Shown: in pieces, positions 56,967 to 64,000 of the stretch | Numbering within the stretch: the first letter of the stretch is position 1 | How the letters are laid out: each line of letters opens with the position of its first letter | IMG/VR virus record: IMGVR_UViG_3300032235_001020 | Span: 1-64,000 of that record | Origin: a virus | Reading direction: 5' to 3' (one strand) | Length of the DNA stretch: 64,000 bases | Notes under the pieces: generated by a model | Databases searched by the model: none | Told to the model about the DNA's origin: nothing | What the model saw: only the letters and a program-made list of their open reading frames with translations | Position numbers and translations under genes: made by a program

Positions 56967-57255
56967 CGGAGTCAGGCAGCGCGTATGCACTGCTGTTAAG
57001 GGTCACACCCCTGAACCCGCTCCTGTTAACGCGCGTGGCGTGTACCCTTGGCGTGATTTAACAGCGGAGAGGGGTCCAAGCACGGCGCGACGCGAGCGGG
57101 GAGAAGGGTGTGCGGCAGAGCAGATGCGGGGTGGAGCGTGTCGTGGTGAGTAACCTCCAGCGGAGAGAGAGTGGAGGCGTGTGGAATGTGCGGAGAGTAA
57201 AACAGAGAGCACAATAGAAGCATTGGGTAATACCGCGGCGCGCTAGAATAGGGGC

Positions 57256-57600
57256 ACGAAGAGAGCAGCGCATCCCTCAAACCCACGGTGGGCATTGAGT
57301 TTGGCGCCGAGAGCGGAAGAGTGAGCGGGGGTATGAGAGAGCGCGAGGGTCGTAGTTACGCGTGTGTGCGTAGCGTGTCAGATGCGCGTGCTGTTGTATA
57401 GCAAGCGATTGCATGTGCAGTTGCGTGTGAAAGCTTAAGAAGCGTGCGCGTGTGGAAGCGTTAGAGCGCGTTGCATTTGAGTGTGCAACTGTAAGCAGCG
57501 GTTGTTCATATGTACCGTTGCTGTACCGTTGCCCTGCGTTCGCTTGCTGCTGCTCGCTTCTGCTGGCAGAAGGGCGCGCGCGTCTACTTCTTTTTTTTGT
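57256..57600 (+). ncRNA. Candidate large structured ncRNA (or ssDNA structure)
   Basis: TAGAAT at 57244, several nested G-U-containing stems and a closing T-tract at ~57588-57602. Confidence 0.35.
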
Positions 57601-57813
57601 TTGGGCGCAGACGCAACCTGACGGGGGTGTTTGATGCGTACCGCGCGGCGCAGCAAAAAATTAGGTCTCTCCAGGGGAGCGGCCTTGCTTTAGGGCGACG
57701 CTTCCTCGTGTGAAATTTGGGCGTTTTACACGGCACGGGAATGCGCGCGCCGCGCAGGTGTGACGCATGAGTCTCGATAGACTTGTCTTACGTACTGAAT
57801 ACCGGCTTGCGGT

Positions 57814-60147
57814 ATGGCACCTCGGGACCCCGCTGATTTATATCGTCAGCTGGTTGGGTTGGAGACACCTCAACCTGCAAATATCGTGGGGTTGCCTGCA
57901 CCTAACGAGCCAAATAATTACTACGTCACTCCACGCGGCTACGAGACGCTGATCAGTGGGACGGCCTACACCGACGAGGACGGACGCCGCGCTGGTTACC
58001 GGCCCGCATCCCGCCTGGATAGCAAGGATCGCCTGAGTCGCTCGAGCAATTGGGCTAGCACCGAGCGCCCTGGCCCGGGTCGGGAGGCCGACCGGGCTGC
58101 CGAAAAAGCAGAGGCTCTGCTGCAGCGTGTCATGGGTAACCGCGGGGGCGTGGTGAGCGACCCGGATATTCCCGATCTCGAGGCCGCCGCTAATGCACTC
58201 CTGGGCGAGGAGCCGATTAGTGCCCGCACCATCGACGAATCCGTAAGCCCCAATGAGCTGACCGGCGCGTTCGCTTCAGAGGACCCCACTGAATACGCGG
58301 CGCGCAAGCAGATCTCCGCTGACATCAACCCGTACTACACCGTCGAAGTTCCAGCTCGCGTCGCTCGCGAAGGTGGCCGCAGTGGCACCTGGACCGTAGA
58401 GACCGCCCAGGGATTCCGTCCGGCCATTGCGCGCATTGATCCCTCGCAGGTCATCGATTCCGAGGTTCTGAACCGGCGCAAGGGGCGCGACGGTTCCTTC
58501 ACTGGCGAGTCGGACAACACCGCGTCATTCCAGCGCGAACGCCCGATCACCATTGGCGACCTCGTTAAAGAGGCCATGAACGAAGAGCGCACGCCCGTGA
58601 TCACGGCTAGCGCTCTGGAGGCTGCCCGTTCCGCTGGTCGCGCGCGTTCGCTCCCGGCTGGCGAGCGAGACCGGAACTTGGTTGGCTACATGCGCCCACC
58701 GGGCTCGGATAGCGAGGTGCCTGTTTACGCCGTCACTGATGCAGAAGGCGATCGCAAGGTCACGGAGGTGACTCGGCCCGACCCGAAAGACCCATTGCGC
58801 AAGGTGGTTACCGAGCTGGAGGAGTATTTCCGTGTCGGCGGCCCCTATAACCGCGACAGCACCGCGATTCGCGAGCAGATCGCCCCGGCGCTGGGGGTCA
58901 CGGCAGACGGCCAATACGGCCCTGCGCCGGTCCTGGGCAACCAGTGGGACCGGACTTACGCCGAAAAGACGTTCCAAAGTCCCAAATTCGAGGGATTTCT
59001 GCGTGAACTGGCCGGCGGGTCCTTCATGCAGGAGCCCGACGAGGCGGCGTCCTCCTACAAGTTGCTCGCACAGGCCCTGATCACGGGCCAAATGGAGGTC
59101 CCAGGCCAGAAACCGGGTACCACTCAGGCGATTCCAGTGGATCGTCAGGCGCTTTTGGCGCTGAAATCGGACGATGGCCGCCCCCTCTTCGCTCCTGGCT
59201 CCAGCGCACGCACCCTGCTGGGGCAAGCGGTGTCGGAATTGCGCGGCGGGCGGGAAGTAGACCTCTTCTCCGAGGCCTCGATTGGTGAATTGGGCAACGA
59301 TTTGGCCTCCGTACAGCGCGGAGAGGCCTCAATCCTTGATCTGATCCGCCAACTCCAGGGCAACAGCAGTGGCCAGGCCGCTGAGGCTGCGGCCGGTGAG
59401 CTATTCGGCTTTGAGGGTGGTGACTCGGACGCAGCGGGTGACACTCTGCAGGGTCGATATGGCGATTTCGGTGATGTCCCTGGTGGGGTATCAGTGAAAT
59501 CGGCTCCTGCTGGGCCCGTAGACGCCCTAGATCGGGCGGCCATTGCGCTCACTGGCGATCTTGGCCAGGGTTTGTACCTCGCTGATGTCGCTCGCCGGAG
59601 TTCGGCACCAGGCCGCAGCAGTGGCACCAATGCGTACGGCACCACCGTGGGTCCCATAAAGGAGACTCCCGCCCGCGATCCCATGGCCACGCTCCTGGAG
59701 CTGACCGGAAAACGCGCCCCCGTCGAAGCAACACCCGGTCCCCAGCAAATTCGCCGCAAGTATCAGAACGACTTTGCGTCGATCAGCGGTACGGGAAGGC
59801 ACGTTCGCGGTCAGCGCGGTTACAACATGATGGCCGAGGGCCTTGGTGCCAGCGTCGGCTCGCCCGCGCAGGAAAAAGCCATGGCTCTCCTGGCTGGACG
59901 CCTTTCTGCTCAGCGGGAATCCCAGCGCGACAGCTTTCCGGGTGTTGCAGGGGGGATGCCCGCTGCACCGGCGACAACTCCAGCAGGGTTACTGGAGGGC
60001 ACGATGTTGAATGCCCCCGTCATTCCCGCCAAAGACCCTGAGGCAATGGAGCGCCAGGCCGGGGTTCAGCGACTCCAGCGCCGCCGCCAGGGATATACCG
60101 GTGGGATCGCTGATCGCTTCGTCGAGAACTTCGGCCAACTGGGATGA
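57814..60147 (+). CDS. Large putative internal virion protein
   Basis: 777-aa Ala/Gly/Pro/charged ORF; TAGACT at 57778. Confidence 0.6.
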   Translation: MAPRDPADLYRQLVGLETPQPANIVGLPAPNEPNNYYVTPRGYETLISGTAYTDEDGRRAGYRPASRLDSKDRLSRSSNWASTERPGPGREADRAAEKAEALLQRVMGNRGGVVSDPDIPDLEAAANALLGEEPISARTIDESVSPNELTGAFASEDPTEYAARKQISADINPYYTVEVPARVAREGGRSGTWTVETAQGFRPAIARIDPSQVIDSEVLNRRKGRDGSFTGESDNTASFQRERPITIGDLVKEAMNEERTPVITASALEAARSAGRARSLPAGERDRNLVGYMRPPGSDSEVPVYAVTDAEGDRKVTEVTRPDPKDPLRKVVTELEEYFRVGGPYNRDSTAIREQIAPALGVTADGQYGPAPVLGNQWDRTYAEKTFQSPKFEGFLRELAGGSFMQEPDEAASSYKLLAQALITGQMEVPGQKPGTTQAIPVDRQALLALKSDDGRPLFAPGSSARTLLGQAVSELRGGREVDLFSEASIGELGNDLASVQRGEASILDLIRQLQGNSSGQAAEAAAGELFGFEGGDSDAAGDTLQGRYGDFGDVPGGVSVKSAPAGPVDALDRAAIALTGDLGQGLYLADVARRSSAPGRSSGTNAYGTTVGPIKETPARDPMATLLELTGKRAPVEATPGPQQIRRKYQNDFASISGTGRHVRGQRGYNMMAEGLGASVGSPAQEKAMALLAGRLSAQRESQRDSFPGVAGGMPAAPATTPAGLLEGTMLNAPVIPAKDPEAMERQAGVQRLQRRRQGYTGGIADRFVENFGQLG

Positions 60148-60383
60148 GTCAGGGGAAACGTGAAAAGGCCCGAAGCCTCGCGACGGCCTTTCAGAAAATG
60201 AGTAAGCCTGCTAGCAAGGGCGGCACTGGTGGGACGTTCAGCGCTGCCGCAACCAAGGCCGGACATGCGGACAGCCCCGATGGCCGCAAGGAATTCGCCG
60301 ATAAGGTCTTGAGTAGTCCTGATGGCTACTCGGACAAGATGGTGAAGAAGGCGAACTTCTACCGGAATGTGATCACTAAGTAG
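60144..60383 (+). CDS. Small basic protein
   Basis: GTF.AAA.KAG...FA.KVL....Y....KKANF.RN motif. Confidence 0.65.
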   Translation: MSQGKREKARSLATAFQKMSKPASKGGTGGTFSAAATKAGHADSPDGRKEFADKVLSSPDGYSDKMVKKANFYRNVITK

Positions 60384-60419
60384 GGTCGTTAGACTGAGAT
60401 TGCCCAGTATGGCTGCCTC

Positions 60420-60818
60420 GTGGCGAACCAGTTCGGTGATCCCGTTAAGTTCCGCCAGGCAGTAGACATGGGTCTTGCAGCTCGGGCGCGACTGCAGGAG
60501 CAGTTTTCCCCCACGCCAGCGGGTTACCCGATCGGGAAGTCTTTCTCCGAGGTAGCCGACAGGACGGTCAGAAGCCGAGAAGAGGGCTCCCCTGCGGAGA
60601 TCGCTGAGTCTGGCTTGAACTATGCAGGGGGAGCCGTGAACCGCACGGCGGTTCGCATGGCGGGGGAAAATGAAGCAGCTGTCGCACAGCTTGGATTAAA
60701 TGCAGGGCGGTCGTTCTATGACGCTGCAAACGATCCCAAGAATCCGAACAAGAAAGGATTGGGCGATTTCGCGAACCAGCTGATGCAGTTCAATAGCGCA
60801 TTCGGAGGCATGGCCTGA
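60420..60818 (+). CDS. Hypothetical late protein
   Basis: TAGACT 30 nt upstream. Confidence 0.6.
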   Translation: MANQFGDPVKFRQAVDMGLAARARLQEQFSPTPAGYPIGKSFSEVADRTVRSREEGSPAEIAESGLNYAGGAVNRTAVRMAGENEAAVAQLGLNAGRSFYDAANDPKNPNKKGLGDFANQLMQFNSAFGGMA

Positions 60819-60819
60819 G

Positions 60820-61395
60820 ATGAGGTTTGCTGGGCTCGCTAAAGACGTCGCCAGAGCGCTTAGACCCGTAGGCCCGCTAGATGCGGCGATTCGGTACGGG
60901 CCGGAGGCGATCTCCCTGCTTGCAGCGGGGACCGCCTGGGCGCCTCCCAATGCAACGGCCCTGGAAAGGGGAGGGATGATGGCAGAGGAGGCTATAGCGG
61001 GGCTAGGCCTGTCGGCATTGCTGAGTGGCGGAGCTAGGCACATAGCCAGGCGCCATCTACTGGGTAAACGCCAGGGCATGAGCTCGGCTGACTATCAGAA
61101 CAAGCTTGTCCAGGCCCAGCAGTTCGGCGACCTGGCCAACATTCCAGTCCAGATGCTTGCGCCCTCTTTATTGCGTCCATATTCCCAGAAAGTGCTGGAA
61201 GATGCATATGCTCGTCAGCCTGAGGGAACCCCTGAACCGCAGTCGTCTCCCTCGGCGGGGGGGATGACGGATGAAGAGATGGCAATGGCGCTCCTTGCCA
61301 CCGGAGCGCTCGGCGGCAGCGTTCTGGGCCCCCGTGACTCGTTCTCGACGCTGCGCGATCCATATGATCTGCGTGGATTGGGCGGGGCGGTGTGA
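60820..61395 (+). CDS. Ala/Gly-rich protein with hydrophobic helices
   Basis: In-operon ORF. Confidence 0.6.
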   Translation: MRFAGLAKDVARALRPVGPLDAAIRYGPEAISLLAAGTAWAPPNATALERGGMMAEEAIAGLGLSALLSGGARHIARRHLLGKRQGMSSADYQNKLVQAQQFGDLANIPVQMLAPSLLRPYSQKVLEDAYARQPEGTPEPQSSPSAGGMTDEEMAMALLATGALGGSVLGPRDSFSTLRDPYDLRGLGGAV

Positions 61396-62726
61396 TGGCC
61401 GAGTTCTCGCGCGACGATCTGCTGTACGGACTGGAGCGATCCGCAGTAGCCCTGCCTGGAACGGCTCAAGCTCGGATCCGCAGACAACTGGGCGATGAGT
61501 ACGAGGGCACGCCTGTTGAGCAGATGCTCCAGGGCTCGCAGCTCCTGAATTACGCACGCCAGCGACTGCCGGAAAATCTCGCCGCAACGCAAGTCGGCCA
61601 GAAGCTCGTTGGCATGCTGCCGGAGGATGCCAAGAAAGCGCGAGCGGCCATCGGCTCTGTACCTCTCGGCGGCTTCAACGAGAAAGAAATTCAGCGGCTG
61701 GATGCGTACCGGGACGGGGACCCCTCGCTCGAGATGGAGGGCGATCCGGAGGTCCAGCGCAACACGGTTCGCGTCGGCAAGTTCCCAGTGCCCGGTGGCG
61801 AGGTGCCGACCGGTGACAGCTTCAGGGCAGCCGCCACTCAAGCCGCAGGGGTTGGGCTGGCGGATCTGGCATCTGATGGCCTGCGCAATATCTGGTGGTT
61901 CCTGAATGCTCCGCAGGCATTGACGCAGCTAGCCATGCTGCAGGGCACGCAGAACGCAGGGCAGGAGCACCAGGCCATTGGGCGCCAGGCACCGCTGATC
62001 AAGAACCGTACGGTGCGGATGGCGACGACCCTGCCTGCCCTGATCGGTGTATCGATGGCCGTTGGCAATGCGTACCGCCAGCCCGGCTTCAAGGCGGTGG
62101 TGCCAAGCGAAATGGATCCAACGCAGACTGCGGATCCCCTGGCTGAGCTGGGCTCGCGCTACTTCCTGGGCCGGAGTGGCGCACTCTTGCCGTACGAGGA
62201 ATTCGTCAAGGAGCGGCCCGACGTCTCCAAGGGTGAGTACGAAGCGTACAAGTCGTATCTGTTCGGTAATGCATTACCACTCAAGGCCACAGCTGAAGGA
62301 ATCCATGGCCCTGAGGTGACCTTCCTGGGCAAGAGTATCCCGCTCGCCACCGGCATCCTGCCTGCAGTGGCGGCGGTGATTGGTGGGCGACGTGGCGCCC
62401 GCAAGGCTGGAGAGCGACTGGCCCGGAAGGGGGACCTGCAGGAAGCCGCAGATCTCCGGGAGACATGGGTAGAAATGAAGCGAGAAGCAGGTAATCCGGA
62501 TTCGGATATTAGTCCGGCAGACATTGCAGATGCGTACAACCGCTACGAAGACGTGCAGATGAAGAACGAGCGAGAGGTAGCGCTGCAGACAATCCTCTAC
62601 AGCAGTCTTGGCATGGGCGGGACCGCGATTGCGGGGCAAACCCTAGAATCAATCCGTCGGGCTCTCAAGGGCAAAGCACCCGTTGAAGAGCCGTTGGTTG
62701 AAGAGTCTTCACAGCCTGTTGCGTAA
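61392..62726 (+). CDS. Putative ejection/internal virion protein
   Basis: 444-aa ORF with several Gly/Ala-rich hydrophobic segments. Confidence 0.6.
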   Translation: MMAEFSRDDLLYGLERSAVALPGTAQARIRRQLGDEYEGTPVEQMLQGSQLLNYARQRLPENLAATQVGQKLVGMLPEDAKKARAAIGSVPLGGFNEKEIQRLDAYRDGDPSLEMEGDPEVQRNTVRVGKFPVPGGEVPTGDSFRAAATQAAGVGLADLASDGLRNIWWFLNAPQALTQLAMLQGTQNAGQEHQAIGRQAPLIKNRTVRMATTLPALIGVSMAVGNAYRQPGFKAVVPSEMDPTQTADPLAELGSRYFLGRSGALLPYEEFVKERPDVSKGEYEAYKSYLFGNALPLKATAEGIHGPEVTFLGKSIPLATGILPAVAAVIGGRRGARKAGERLARKGDLQEAADLRETWVEMKREAGNPDSDISPADIADAYNRYEDVQMKNEREVALQTILYSSLGMGGTAIAGQTLESIRRALKGKAPVEEPLVEESSQPVA

Positions 62727-63112
62727 TGTCGGCAGCCATCCCAAATGCCTCCGGAATTCTTGGGAAGGGAGGCGACTCTCTTACAAGCGCCGGTGATTTC
62801 AACCAGGCCATCCAATACGGCTTACTAGGAAGTGGCCTTGGATCTCTAGCCAGGCAGCGTGCAGGGGAGTATCAGCGCCGTGCCATCGGCGAGTCTGCGG
62901 CGATTCGGAGCAATAGCATTATGAACCAATCGTTCATGGATGCCGGCTTTGACCTACTCGGAGCCGGACTGGGCGCTGGGATTAAGTCCTTCAAATCAAA
63001 TGCCCCCACGATGGGAAGCGGGGAAGTATCAGCCCCGTCGATCGACGTGGGCAGCGCGACTGCGGGGGAACAGGCGCTCATGAATGCCAAGTACAAGCTG
63101 CACGGGTGGTAA
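62726..63112 (+). CDS. Gly/Ala-rich putative pilot-like protein
   Basis: TAATG coupling, glycine zippers. Confidence 0.55.
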   Translation: MSAAIPNASGILGKGGDSLTSAGDFNQAIQYGLLGSGLGSLARQRAGEYQRRAIGESAAIRSNSIMNQSFMDAGFDLLGAGLGAGIKSFKSNAPTMGSGEVSAPSIDVGSATAGEQALMNAKYKLHGW

Positions 63113-63636
63113 CTGCGATGACAAGTCAGGCAGCTATAACGGACCCATTCCAGGAAGCAAGGGAGCGTGCGGCACTCTGGAAATCCCGTGTTGACAAGGA
63201 CTTAAGCCTGGCGTCACCACCCACCGCAGGTCTATCAAGCTCGCGCAAAGAGTACGACAGAGCGGAGGGCAGTCTGAGCGCATCAGATTTGAGTGTTCCA
63301 GGTTTTGCGTCCCTTGGGCCTAGCCCCCTGAGCGAAAGCAGTCGCTTCCAGCAGGAGCTGCAAGGGCAGGTCGCCGCATCCGGAATTAGCGCCATGACGG
63401 ATATCACCGAAGCCGAGAAGACTGCCCAGGCGCAGATAGATGCGGCTAAGAGGCAGGCTAATGCGGCGAATTCTGGCGGCTTGATTAAAGGCATCACGTC
63501 GGTAGCCAGTGCTGGCCTCGTGGCACTGTGCGATTGCCGCCTGAAAGAAGACATGGCGCCATTGCAGGAATACGAGGTGGACGATGCACTCGCTGCACTG
63601 GCCGTCGCTGTGCAAGAACTGCATGACAATCCTTGA
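63106..63636 (+). CDS. Pilot-like protein ending in a partial peptidase-S74 motif
   Basis: GGLIKG...AGLVALCDCRLKEDM.PL...AVQEL. Confidence 0.6.
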   Translation: MVTAMTSQAAITDPFQEARERAALWKSRVDKDLSLASPPTAGLSSSRKEYDRAEGSLSASDLSVPGFASLGPSPLSESSRFQQELQGQVAASGISAMTDITEAEKTAQAQIDAAKRQANAANSGGLIKGITSVASAGLVALCDCRLKEDMAPLQEYEVDDALAALAVAVQELHDNP

Positions 63637-63847
63637 GAAGGTTCTTCAGTTAAGACCGATCCAGTTCCGCTATGTAAGAGACGTAGATCCTGAGCAGAGG
63701 CTGCGCGCAGGGTTTTCGGCACAGCAAGTCCAGGAGGTATTCCCGCAAGCTGTTGTTGAGGTCAACGGTCACCTGGTGCTGGACCTGCGAGTCCTGGGCG
63801 ATCTCATAGACGAAGCAAGAAAAGAGCGGTCGAAGGGGAAGTCCTAG
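63623..63847 (+). CDS. Stand-alone core of a peptidase-S74 (intramolecular chaperone) domain
   Basis: LEKVLQLRP..FRY, GFSAQQVQEVFP.AV. Confidence 0.75.
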   Translation: MTILEKVLQLRPIQFRYVRDVDPEQRLRAGFSAQQVQEVFPQAVVEVNGHLVLDLRVLGDLIDEARKERSKGKS

Positions 63848-64000
63848 AATGACGCCATATCCAGGTATTACAGCTAGGTCGTGATGCGTCCGTATCCGTC
63901 GTATCCAGGTAGCGGCGATGTATCTCTGGAGCTGAGTGATGATAGACGTCACTTGACCGCATTGGATCCAGGACCCAACTTGAGCGTCGACCCTGGCGCG

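Larger units (their letters stand above)
55755..57005 (-). repeat. Array of ~70-bp direct repeats (terminator + CAGCAGTGCAT motif) separating single small ORFs
   Basis: Units at ~55755-55825, 56159-56232, 56411-56482, 56695-56767 and a motif-only unit at 56971-57005; plus-strand consensus GTYAGGYAGCG-n3-ATGCACTGCTG-n6-7-CAATA(A/G)AAAAGCCCCCACCC-n-AAGCG(G)AGTGAGGGC. Confidence 0.92.

Noticed and set aside
55755-57005. CRISPR array or integron attC array
   Set aside because: Repeats are ~70 bp and contain a terminator; intervening segments are ~180-330 bp ORF-coding and unequal; no cas or tyrosine integrase gene and no RYYYAAC/GTTRRRY ends were seen
57355-57490. Functional Z-DNA tract
   Set aside because: The alternating purine-pyrimidine runs are short and better explained as arms of the fold-back stems
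2313-60000. Numerous long antisense or alternative-frame ORFs (e.g. 2313-3773, 25481-26182, 53080-53850, 58525-59226)
   Set aside because: Shadow ORFs of real high-GC genes with no recognisable motifs
1-64000. HIP1 (GCGATCGC) enrichment as a host signal
   Set aside because: Only about four copies noticed by eye, close to chance for this GC content; not counted exhaustively

Overview
This window is 64 kb of a high-GC tailed bacteriophage, most likely a temperate cyanophage of picocyanobacteria. Host clues are two NblA-like genes, DUF3288, a cyanobacterial-type RHH_5 protein and Dps. Layout: 1-13.2 kb tail fibre/receptor-binding module (1846-aa repeat-rich fibre, three tandem LamG proteins); 13.8-15.1 kb large serine integrase with an intact 50-bp attP-like palindrome directly upstream; 15-18 kb HNH, NblA-like and cell-wall hydrolase genes; 18-38 kb nucleotide metabolism and replication (DUF5664, ThyX, dCMP deaminase, primase-VirE with a likely origin, exonuclease, SSBs, clamp-like protein), interleaved with plus-strand putative virion-internal genes; 38-57 kb minus-strand small early genes ending in an array of one-gene cassettes, each bounded by a terminator and a conserved CAGCAGTGCAT motif; 57-57.8 kb highly structured non-coding gap; 57.8-64 kb plus-strand Ala/Gly-rich putative ejection proteins. 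The most notable unexplained signals are: (i) the cassette array and its non-sigma70 promoter-like motif; (ii) an exact GxDHE-x9-PxxW motif shared by three unrelated replication proteins; (iii) branched intergenic elements that fold better on the + strand whatever the gene orientation; (iv) a candidate ~350-nt ncRNA; (v) a peptidase-S74 chaperone domain split over two genes; (vi) an N-terminal R-x-A-G tag on late proteins. All family calls come from motif recognition by eye; no database searches or folding programs were run.
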